Part shown: in pieces, positions 11,839-22,407 of the stretch | How positions within the stretch are numbered: position 1 is the stretch's first letter | Layout of the letters: every line of letters begins with the position of its first letter | Source of the DNA: Phoronis australis | Taxonomy: Eukaryota; Animalia; Phoronida | Assembly: GCA_002633005.1 (NCBI GenBank) | Contig: NMRA01000922.1 | Span: 63,919-99,106 of the forward strand | Reading direction: 5' to 3' | Length of the DNA: 35,188 nt | The notes under the pieces: model-generated | Database searches by the model: none | The model's input: only the letters and a program-made list of their open reading frames with translations | What the model was told of the DNA's origin: nothing | Program-made: the position numbers and the translations under genes

Positions 11839-12163
11839 GAACATTACGTCTGGCTATGACTACAATGCTGTGCACAAATACATAGATGAATCGCTAAAGT
11901 TGCCAGACTTTCCGCGGAGATTCATGTCCTCGTGTTCCATGACTGTCGACAGACCAAACAACAGAATGTTGACGTCATCGGCTGGAGTTACCGTGAGGGA
12001 AATTCCAAAAAGATGGACACCGTGCTATTTTGAAATCAACGCGTTAAAAGGATTTGTTTTCTTCATTTTCCTTGTGTTATTTTACGAATTTTACAGACGG
12101 ACATTTTGCAAAGGTGTTATGTCTGGAATTCCGCTTTGGGAGTATGCCAGGCGGCCATTCTAA
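11839..12163 (+). CDS. Uncharacterised tail-anchored protein, terminal coding exon with C-terminal transmembrane helix
   Basis: Acceptor TTTTTTTCAG|G (phase 2) matches both 3A and 3B. Reads NITSGYDYNAVHKYIDESLKLPDFPRRF... then the hydrophobic segment ALKGFVFFIFLVLFYEFY and a 22-aa tail ending LWEYARRPF-stop. Confidence 0.75.
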
Positions 12164-14487
12164 CAACAGAAGCATTTTTACATGCGCATTTTGATAACAT
12201 TATAAAGTTTGAGGTTATTATAAATCGTTTTAGAAAATTTGAGAACACAAGATTACCAACTTGAAGTGGTTTTATGTACCATGCTTTTAACCATCTGCAC
12301 GTTCCCAGTACAGGCATGTGTATTGTCTCGCGGGCATTCACGGAGACCAATACATTATTTCATCGGCATAATCTTGACGAACGTACAGTATACAGCTCGC
12401 AAAAATTGTCTAATCCCAAAAGTCAGTCATTGAGCTTGAATTCTCGATAGCCTTTTGCGGTTAGAGTTCAAACTCCACGTTTCAGTCAGTTAGAGTCCAA
12501 GGAACTGGTTTTGAAGTCTAACTTTGGATTTTGGTAAGAATTCAAAATCTAGTCTTTGAACTTTGAGTTTTGACATTACCCGTTCCATCTTAGGGCTTGA
12601 CGAGATATAACGTAAAATGATGTTATACGAGCGAATAACTCAAAAGGCCCTAAACCCTAGAAGTTCTTCCCAGACAGTCGTCTTTTAAATGGGCTAAAGC
12701 GTTAGTCACACATGCCAGTTAAGCAGTACTTTAATTGCTCCAAACTTTGAGCGTTGACAACAGTAACATAGTTTTGTTTCATTTTAAAGAAGTTGAAGCC
12801 GTACTTAGTATCTGTCAATAGGCCAAATGAGTTATGTATACTTTTAAGTTTGCATTGACGGACTACATGTACATGTACACATTTAGTACTGATCCGAACG
12901 TGCTTCTGTGCTAAGCATCATTGCGTGAACAGTTGACGCGGTCAACTTTAAGGAAGAAGCTATTTCAAGAGTAAGCAACAAATAAAATAAAGGAAAATAA
13001 ATACATCTCAATAACAACAAATTACTAGACGCTAGATGAATGACACATTCGCCTTGCAGGACATTTCGGCAGCGTCAACTTAGTGAAAAGCTGCAACAAA
13101 CGTCCTGAATAAGAATGCCATAGGTTGACCGGAGTTCACATATATCCGAATTCATGCTTCTTCATATGTTCTGGAATGAGAGTCCCGCAAAATTGACCAA
13201 TAGGAATCGATTTCTGTATGGGTGCATTAGTTGTACTTTTCGGTAACCCATTATTTTGCTTTGACTTGGATTTTGGACCCATACTTTGATGTTGATGCGC
13301 CGTTAATTTTTTAATCCGAATTTAGGCTCCAAAAGGGGTACATAAGCCAATAAGTTCAAATAATTTATTGTGTAAACAAAGCCACGTGTATAGTTATCAA
13401 GTTTGTATCGTGTTGCACAATGTACTGGCGCAATTCTATGGGTGAATTGTGTAAACTTCTTCGACAGTGCATGCATGAGCCTAAAAAAATGTGTCGAGTC
13501 GAGGAGGATGATTTTAGACATAGCAGCCAAAACAACACAAAACAGTGTCGAGTTGGATAATATGGAGTTGAGGCATACTACCAAAACAACAGAGAATTTA
13601 TAGAGAAGTGTGATGTTAGACCGCGTAGCTATACTGACAATACTGAGAAAAAGTTCTGTCTAGTTCCGAGAGCGGGATGACTATTCCACGCAAAGCGAAC
13701 ATTGTGTCAATTAGTAAGCGGGGTGACTCCACACACTACCTGGCAAAAGCAAAAATTGACATACATCACAACACTACTTACTCAGATTGACGGAATTACA
13801 ATTTAAACTTAATTTCCACATGTGTTAAGTTAGCGATGTAGGCTACTCGGGCGCATCAAGTTAACCACAACTATAAATTAAACATTGAAGAACATTCTGC
13901 CCTGAAGTAAAGTAGTTTATTATTGCCTTTGGTTTAAACACCTCGAAACATTGCCAGCACACGACGCACGGTACAGTTTTCAAGACCAAATTACGAGTTT
14001 TAAAAAATGTACTTTTCGCCCGGAAAACCATCACGTGAAATAATTTCAGCCGGTAGGGCCTACACGGGACTGACTCTCGAAAAAATTCTCAGTATTTGAC
14101 CTGGCCCTAGTTAAAAGTATGTGTACATAAAACATACGGTTGGTCAGTTCCCGGCGGCCTTCGGAATAAAGCCAAACAAAGAAAAAAACGACCGCTTGCA
14201 ACAATTTCAGCCTCGCCCTCGGTCTTGTAGTGTAAGGACGGGGACTGTACGTAGCCGGCCCCGGCGCCAAATAAACGCCACTCACTTCAGTAAACCCGGC
14301 CGCGACGTCGGCGCTGTCGGCTCAGTTGGCGGATTCTTTTTTTTAAATGGTGAACTTAAAAATACCATCCCACTGACTCGGTTTAAAAAAACACACACCA
14401 AAGCAGAGATCTCCGTTGGAGTCGTGAACAGCAGAATCACTTGAATGCTGCCTTCATGGGAACGCCGCGGGCCAGTACATCTGAACA

Positions 14488-14530
14488 ATAGATGTCGCAT
14501 CCACCATCTGTCGTACATAGCGACATCTAT
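14488..14530. promoter_or_regulatory. Inverted pair of CTCF-like motifs in a CpG-rich, promoter-like region
   Basis: ATAGATGTCGC (14488-14498) and GCGACATCTAT (14520-14530) form a perfect 11-bp inverted repeat resembling the CTCF core TAGATGGCGC. Local CpG enrichment at about 14040-14530. Divergent donor-like sites at 14285 (-) and 14548 (+). Confidence 0.4.
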
Positions 14531-15306
14531 CGGAAGAAAAATCTTAAGTATGTCAGTTTGGACAGGAGGGGAACTTGAGTTGTTGACGGCAAGTTTTGAG
14601 TAAAAAATTACTGCTGCATTTTGAATGGGTAATAATTATGGTCTGTACTGGCAAAATCTTCAAAAAATTCGTTTGCAAACACGACCAATGTCCCAGATAG
14701 CTTGGCAACCCACATGCCTCTAAGTTGTGAAGTTCTGATGTCGAAGACCAGCCTCACTCCCGTCCACTTTACGTTCAGTAACGCTAGGTCCTCGCTAAAC
14801 AGCAAGACTTCGTGAGATGACGCGAGACCCTGCCGTGTACTTCAAATGAGAGCACGTGACGTTAGCTAAATTTTAGCTAGGTCCTAGCGTAGGTGCTAGT
14901 GGTTACCACGCGTGCGTTCAGTAGCGCTGGGACCTAGGTAAAATCTAGCCAAAGTCACGTGATCTCATTTAAAGGCGAAGGCAACCTTTTTCCATGTCAT
15001 TTTGAGCTAAAATAAGGTGGGTTGGTTATCCTAGTCATATTTTCCACTTAATTACAGCTTTTCGTAATTTTATTAATTACTCGTCCGCAACTCCGGAAGT
15101 GACGTTTTAGGAGGCAAGCGTTTCCCGTTTCTTGGTTTTGCGTTGACTTTACCGTGCGAATCTGTTCTATTCTACTTTTGTTTTGTGCTGTTTTTCAACA
15201 ATTGTCGCCACCACTTTCCATCGGTGAGTATTCTGCGGCAAGATAGGTTAGTAGAGAACTCAACTACGTTGGATTTAGGGATTGTTTAGTGCGTTGTAAG
15301 CTGAAA

Positions 15307-15614
15307 ATGACTGGAGTCGGTGACCCGTATCACAGTGACAGTAGTGTGAGTGACGGAGACCTTGTTCACAGCAGTGGTGACGAGGAATTTTTTCACGGAC
15401 ATTCAGTGGGTGGGTACATGTTTGAGCCCGAGTATAACGAGGCAGAGTACGCACAGGCACAGGCAGCTGTTGAGAGAAACGAGGCGGCTACTGAGGACAG
15501 ACGTGGTGACACATCTTGGTGCAAATGCACTGTGTGCGTTGTTATGCCTACCTCAATGGAATGCTTGTGCTGTTCAGAGTTCGATGAGGCCAAGCCACTA
15601 CTGGACACGGTTAA
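15307..15614 (+). pseudogene. Truncated KolX-like protein with P2X7 C-terminal-type zinc-coordinating Cys cluster
   Basis: ATG at 15307, acidic N-terminus, YMFEPEY motif, then R-x-G-D-T-S-W-C-K-C-x2-C-x2-M-P-T-x2-E-C-L-C-C-x-E. The sequence then runs into antisense transposase at about 15590-15615. Possible 5'UTR intron at 15224-15300. Confidence 0.75.
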
Positions 15615-16400
15615 GTGGACCTCCGGCATACCACGGACAGAGGAACAACTGTCCCACTTGCCAGAGTGTCCCGCGACACACTCCCACTGGATGGTGACCT
15701 GAGCACCCAAACTGCTTACATCGTGTCGTGTGACTCCCTCGCCACACACCTGGCACCTTCTAAATAGCTCCAACACTTTAGACAAGTCCACAATAAACTT
15801 ATCAAAGTTTGGCTCACCGATCTGTTCACTGGACGACGAACTGTCCTCTTCACTGGGTGTCGAACTGAGCCTGTAATCACTCCCACTACTCAATATCGCT
15901 GCAGGGCTGCTTAGAGGCTCTGGGCTGGAGAAAACAGCACAGGGCGAATCACTACTGGTTCCAGGAATTGCACGCTCTGGGGTACGTTCGGAGGCACGGG
16001 TGACAGTAGATGAAGTGCCTCCACTGGCTCCAGTCACTGTACTGGCCACAGCTCGCGAGGCTTCTCGCTTCAAAAACGCACTTCTCGGGGGTGGCGACGG
16101 GGCACTGCCGGGAATCAACACAGACGGAATGGCATCCTTCTTCAGGCGTTGTTTCGCAGGGACTTTCATCAGTTCAGTGTATAAATCCCTTTAGTAACCG
16201 GAGGGCAGAAAGTGCTTGCCACACACACGGTAATTCTTCACTGCTTTGTACGTTGCGTGGACAGGTAACGCTGCGTTCTTCATACGAACGAGCCAAGTAC
16301 GACGAAGTGTGTCATCCATCGGAAAGCGATGCAAAGGTACTCCCAAAGCGCGCGTGAGCCGATAAATAGTACACTCCAGTACGCAGCAACAGTGTGGCAT
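15611..16400 (-). pseudogene. Kolobok transposase N-terminal remnant (THAP domain + linker + Zn-finger), catalytic DDE region deleted
   Basis: MPHCCCVLEC...LHRFP...RRTW...RVCGKHF...RLKKDAIPSV matches the THAP C2CH pattern with an AVPT-like box. A single in-frame TAA lies at 16191-16193. It is followed by KFIVDLSKVLELFRRCQVC...WECVAGH...W, a CxxC...CxxxH motif. Confidence 0.85.
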
Positions 16401-18759
16401 GACTAGTAAATAAAAACAAACGACGACGGAACTTAACACAACCGAGGTAGAACATTGACTGACTCGGCAGCTCTCACAGTCAGACTATGTGAAAAGAAAT
16501 TGGCGCGAAATGCTTGCCTCCTAAAACGTCACTTCCGCAGTAGCGGACAAGTAATTAATAAAATTACGAAAAGCTGTAATTAAGTGGAAAATATGTCTAG
16601 GATAACCAACCAACCTTATTTTAGCTCAAAATGACATGGAAAAAGGTTGCCTTCGCCTTTAAAAAAACACGGCAATATCTCACGTAATCTCACGAAGTCT
16701 TGCTTTTTAGCGAGGACCTAGCGTTACTGAACAGGAGGCTGAAGTTGCACGGTTCGTTACCAGTTGGCCTAGTAGGCCGACTACACTAACACCCATAGGC
16801 CCTGAATTTCACAGGTACACAATTTCAGCCGTCCTCATCAATTTTTATTTGCACATTATTTTTGTGTCACAAGCGTCTACTCCATCGAGGTCACAGTGGC
16901 ATTTCACATCGCAACAAACCTTGGTGAAATTCAGCCAGTTTAGCGCACACTTTATTGCCAAAAGTTTATTGCTCCTCTGTTAATTGGAATCTAATGCACC
17001 GTGTATGACCTATTGTCCAGCGCAGCAGAAGATAACTGACTTTCAGGGAACTACTTGCTCAGGTCAAGAGGTCATTCACAACTGTTGCTATTATGGTGGA
17101 ACAATTAACTTGCATACTACAAAAGGTAGAGAATTGTGATAATTTCTGGTAAATAACCTCACCAGGAAGCATGTGCTTATAGTCAAAATTTCTGCAAAAT
17201 TTCAAAATTGTACTCAGAAAAGTTACGTGTTTTCTGAAATAGAAAGGTAGTATAATTTAATTTTCTACTGAACACAAATCTGTCTTCAAATGCACATGTA
17301 TTTTACAGAAATTTAGCAAAGAAACGAAGTTGCATGGCTAAATTTCATATCGTACAAATATCCATGAATAGATCTCAAAATCAGTTTTCAAAATATCCTT
17401 TTTATTTTATGCAGCTTTTAAGATGAAAACTGATATTTTCATAAAAATCATTAATTAAAGCCTCAATTTTTGACGGTATCTTATTCAAAAAAGCCCATTT
17501 AGTCTGGAGAACAACATGGATAACATAGTGTCTGCTACAGTTGAGTCCGATAAGCTGTTATTGAGATACCATGTTGGCAAAATTTTTAAATTTTCATCAC
17601 TCACAGTTCCATAAAGTTAAGATATCAACTTTTAACCTGCAGGTAAAGGTTAATATTGAATTAAGTACAGCATGAATAGCTAAACTGTTTATAGGCAGGC
17701 AAATTTGAATTAAAAGTTTCCATTTAAAAATCGAGGTGATGTTATATTCGATTGCCAATCACAAAAAAGACACAAGGTTGTTTTGAAATATTTTTAATTG
17801 AAAGTAAAACGATTTTACAAACATAACACACTTCTTGAACAAAAGTGAGGTTTATAGATAATAAGAGTCGAAGCATCACTTTCCAAATCACTGTGAAGAC
17901 AGGACGTACACAAAGTAATAAAGATATAATAACTTGATTAAAATCCCTTCTTAATACGGCATAAACAAAAGCGGACAAGTAAATATTCACAGGCGAAGGT
18001 GACAAACCTGTCCGAAATGACCAGGTACCAATATCCTAAAGGCGCAGTGTCACACACCGTAAAAAATAAGATTTATATTAGGGCTGCTATGCAGTTACTA
18101 CCTACTGTGTATCATGCTTGGGACTACAGGAAGAACTTCATATGGAAGTTTGCATGTCTAGTATATATCTATGAAATAAAAATAAAATGTATACAAAATA
18201 CTACAGAGCACAACTACACGGAAGAGCATCCATTGTGTCTCTGGAAAAATAATACCCAAAATGTTCGGCTTATAAAATATACAACACCGAGTACACAAAT
18301 CCGGTAACCATGGTCAACAAAATATCACCAGAAAAAACACCTAGGTCAGCGTACACCATTATATCAAATTTGTTCAAGGAATATTGTATAGCTAATCAAT
18401 GTACCCATACCTACAAGGGTTCCTATTTCATAAAAGTTTTAATTACTAAATCTAGAAACGCTCCATTGTCTTGGCATGATGTCATCAGCATTATTCGACA
18501 AGTTATTATGTAATTTTTGAAGAGTCAAACCATAGGCTAGCCTATTACAATGATGTATTGGTCAACAAGCATTTCAAAAGAGTTCAAACTATTTTGATTC
18601 GATCGTGTGTTCATGACGAAATTTGAAGAGGTTTGTTAGGTACTTTTGAGTGAAATTAAGTTTAACGAAATGAAAGGTTCCAAGATTTTAGAATATTAAA
18701 TATATAATTTGTTGTGCTTCACTTTCTCATCTGCTTTTACAGATCACATCACTGACAGA

Positions 18760-18981
18760 ATGAAAGCCGTCTTTAAGTCACTGCTGCCCCACCCCTGTTG
18801 TATGCAGTCATTCCCGGGTCCCACTAAATGGTGGATTACACTCTTGTTTACACAGATGAAGTCATTTCACTGCCAGCAGAGTCTTTGTAAAGCTGTACCA
18901 TCAGTTTTGAGTCAAACTGAACACCTAAGTATAGTCTATGACTATCTGCTGACAAGAGATAAAATTAGACCTGGAGACAAG
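18760..18981 (+). CDS. mTERF-family gene, probable first coding exon (mitochondrial targeting-like N-terminus)
   Basis: Acceptor CTGCTTTTACAG|A at 18743, ATG at 18760. The N-terminus lacks acidic residues. Donor AAG|GTAAA, phase 0. Confidence 0.55.
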
Positions 18982-20639
18982 GTAAAACCGATGTGGTACT
19001 TATAAGTTTAGTTGACAAATGTTTACCATTAGTAAGGTCATTTGAAAAGTTGTCAAAATATGTTCTCTCAAGTAAGCCTAATTTAGTTTTGTTTTTATTT
19101 TTTTAAGGGGTTAGCATTTATGTATTAGGTCATTACACTGTTTACTTAGTTTTGTTAACAGTCTGTCTGCAACGAAATTTATGGCTGTCAACGAACATTC
19201 TGCTTCTTCCATCATGTTTTTTTAGCAGATTTAGGGAGCAGAGGGTCCAAACCCACCCATCCATCCCATATACATGATCACTTTGAGGAAATCTCTATTA
19301 ACCGGCACATATCTAGGTCACAGGGTTGTTGTGTCGCGGTTTTGTGAATGCACTTGCCTGTTGACACACCAGGGTGGGCTAACATAATGCCAACTCGCCA
19401 AATGCAACCTGACAAAATTACTAGGTTGCCATCTTGGAAATGAGGTTTCCAAAGTCAAGAAAACACGAGAGTTGCTATAGCGACCTTACCCGTTTTCCTG
19501 TTTGACCAAAAAATGCTGCACAACTGTCCTTGCATGTTACAGCATACAGCATGGGGAAAGTAGTGCTGTCAGGTGTGTTTTAGGGTTTTGTGGCACCATC
19601 ATTTGGCTCCTAACAAAAGCAGAGACCAGAAAACATTGTTTGAACTGGCATTGTGGGCATGGCTGTCAGTTTTGTAAGACCCTTCAAATTCCTTTTTATT
19701 TACTTTGTGTTGATTGGCGACTTAAGGCTTTTACAAGGTCACCAAACAAAATCTGTGGTCATAAAATCAAGCCCTGATGAGGCTATGCCTATTCTCAAAA
19801 TAGCTTCTATTAACACCAAACGTCTGCTATAAAAATCTTAATATCAGTGGTGAATGACACTCCCTTAAATTCAACCTACAAGAGTCCAGCCTTTTGTGCT
19901 TTGAGGCATTAAAGTTTTAGTTGTATGCTCCTGTCTATACTCTAAATATAGTGCAGTAGTTGTACTCACTGACAACTTGTGAATGTGAAAACAAAAAATA
20001 TGCAAATAGGTAACCTTAGCACTAATGACGTACCTTGGGGGCTCACATAGCCCGCATCATGCTGTGTTATTCCCCAACATGACGTCACGATACTTACTGG
20101 AAAAGGTTGAAGGATTTACTGCGGATCATTTTTGACACAAAACTCCTTCTTAAAAACATTTGGCAATTTTCACCATAATTCATTATTCACATTCTCGCTA
20201 TGTGTTTTGTTTGTAACTAATTTGACCAGGCAATCACAGAGATAAGGAATTAGCACGCAAAGTGCACTTTAAGTGCAGTTGCATGTTGTATCTCATCAAG
20301 CGTTATGAATTTCTATGATGAGTTCCACACCTTTTCTTATAGAGCACTTTTACTTGAGCAGTTTATTTGTGTGGCACATTTTTCATTCGCCTGAGAACAC
20401 TTGAATTTATTGATTTCCTTTCAAATCAATATCCGTGGGTTATTTCGGTTGCCTGTAAGGAAAGGTTTAATTAGGTGTGAACTATCATCAATAATTCTAT
20501 GATTTGGATTTATTGATTCAACTCCTCCCCTCAGCCTGTTGTGTACAGAGTCCACACAAATACATATCATCTATCAAACAGCTCAGACTGCAAATATTTT
20601 TTTTTGCTAATTACATACACCGGAGGTGAATCAGTGTAC

Positions 20640-21000
20640 AGAGGTGTATGCTGCCACATGTCCTTACCTGACTAGGTTGTGTACACTGATGACGCACGTC
20701 TTCACGTCACCAGGGGTGTACACCGCCACTCATCCTTACCCCGTCTGGTTTTTATGTTGCTTTACCTCTTCCCTCTACCTGTGGTGTACACTGCTACACC
20801 TGTTCACCCATCCAGGTGTCTACGCTGTCATACTTCCTCATCCCACCAGGGGTATACACTGTCATACGTCTCTACCCCACCAGGTGTGTACACTGCTACA
20901 CCTTGTCACCCCTACACCTCCTCACCCCACTGGGGGTTTACAGTGCCATACTTTACCCCATCATTGGTGTACACCGCCACAAGTCTTTTCCCCACCAGGA
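20640..21000. repeat. Degenerate minisatellite, unit about 35-38 bp (CACCAGGGGTGTACACTGCCACACCTCCTTACCC-like)
   Basis: About ten recurrences of GGTGTACAC(T/C)G(C/T)(C/T)AC cores followed by C-rich spacers. Confidence 0.85.
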
Positions 21001-21125
21001 GCATCCCGTGTTCATTTATGAAATGTAACGTGCATTTTTGTTGGCTTAGAAAAGTCCTGAATCTTCAGCTTTCATTAGCTAAAATAAGATCTATATTCAT
21101 TGCCACAAAAATTGCTTTGCTTTAG

Positions 21126-21252
21126 GTAGTCAGTTATCATTTGGAGGAATTTGCATGTTGTCCTACCATGCATGATCAACTAAGTGAAAACAGACGCCAG
21201 GCAATCTGTCAGCTGAGAATTGATCCGCCAAGGTTCACACAGTTTTTTAGCC
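21126..21252 (+). CDS. Possible internal exon of the mTERF gene
   Basis: Acceptor TTGCTTTGCTTTAG|GTA (phase 0), open frame VVSYHLEEF...PRFTQFFS, donor C|GTAAGA (phase 1). The next phase-compatible segment contains stops, so inclusion is uncertain. Confidence 0.35.
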
Positions 21253-21471
21253 GTAAGATCTGCCTATATTCCTGTCTTCGTTACCATTCGAAAATGTGAT
21301 TTTTTTTGTTCTGAATCCTTTTGTGTATATTTTGAAATCTGTGACCGGGATGTACATGATCTAAAGATGTTTGACTTTAAATCGCAATACATTACAGAAG
21401 CCATTTCAGCGAGTCTTTGACAGGTCAGACAATCAACTGCCGATAAGCTCCGCCAATCGTTTAACCACTAG

Positions 21472-21588
21472 TTGGCAACAAGTGTTCTTACAACAAATGA
21501 CAAAATAATATTGTTAACTGTCAGATGGATTGCGAACATGAAAGATATTTCTTCTGAATCAGTAACCAGTCTTTTGATTTCCAAAATG
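21472..21588 (+). CDS. Possible internal exon of the mTERF gene (5' boundary uncertain: 21398, 21424 or 21472)
   Basis: Donor ATG|GTAGGT at 21588 (phase 0) matches the acceptor at 23836. The frame LATSVLTTNDKIILLTVRWIANMKDISSESVTSLLISKM is open back to TAG at 21469-21471. Confidence 0.4.
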
Positions 21589-22407
21589 GTAGGTTTAATG
21601 AGAAAACATTGGGTAGTTCAACACTTCTGATATTTTGACTTCCGTTGCGTTTATTCAGGTCATGCTTTCGGCATTTGCGTTCCGCAGTTTTGCCTATTTC
21701 TTTGCAATCAGTTCTCAGTTGTCAATGTCTTTGTTTTAATTACTCAGCAAAGCCTACTAGAACAATTGTGTTCCGGTAGTTTTCATCTATTTTTTGTTTT
21801 AATAGTTAGCATCGGGGGAATTACCGCCTTTTGTTGTTTTTTAAATACCGAGGATTACAAAATCTTGACTTTTTACTGAGATGTGCGTAATTTCCACTAA
21901 CATGAGTTTTGCTGCGTGAAACATATCAGTTTCTGTTTTTTATTCCGCATGACTTGGGGATTTTTGAAGCCTTTTAGCTGCTGTCAGCGATGAAGACATC
22001 AGCATTCCTTGATAAAAACAGATTTCTTTGATATTGGGCAGTCAAGCTGTTGGACTTATTGGCCTTAAAATAAAATACCTGATATGCGTCCACAACTTAT
22101 AGAGTAAACAAATGGAATTTGCAAGTTCCCATCCATAAACTTTGTTGTTTCTAAAAAATATGACGATCTTTGTGAAAAATCACGAGTTTTTAAAAGAATT
22201 CCGTCATGTGATTACGAACATCTTGACAATGCTTCCGTGCGCATAATAACTTTCTATGGTCATCATTGATACTGTTAAAATGTCTATAGGTTTGTTTGCC
22301 CACTATTAAATTCTAATAATAAAAAAGTTATTTAATAAGAAAGTCAAACTTTGGTATGTAGAAAATTAAATCAATTACTGGACTTGCAAATTGAGTTGGC
22401 TACGTTG

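Larger units (their letters stand above)
14973..16658. mobile_element. Kolobok-superfamily DNA transposon, internally deleted (non-autonomous)
   Basis: TTAA TSD at 14969-14972 and 16659-16662, with AG...CT termini. About 150-bp near-perfect TIRs (AGGCGAAGGCAACCTTTTTCCATGTCATTTTGAGCTAAAATAAGG...). Convergent THAP-transposase and Cys-rich ORF remnants inside. Confidence 0.9.
14773..16732. mobile_element. Palindromic (foldback) MITE interrupted by the Kolobok insertion
   Basis: Outer inverted repeats GTTCAGTAACGCTAGGTCCTCGCTAAA.AGCAAGACTTCGTGAGAT / ATCTCACGAAGTCTTGCTTTTTAGCGAGGACCTAGCGTTACTGAAC. The element may extend to CAGCCTC at 14749 and GAGGCTG at 16741. Confidence 0.75.

Noticed and set aside
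15289-15702. Host P2X7 receptor gene
   Set aside because: There is no P2X ectodomain or TM helix. The ORF lies between transposon TIRs and is truncated.
20626-21125. His/Pro/Thr-rich ORFs, and a superficial CRISPR-like periodicity
   Set aside because: These are translations of a degenerate minisatellite. The units lack unique spacers, there are no cas genes, and the context is eukaryotic.
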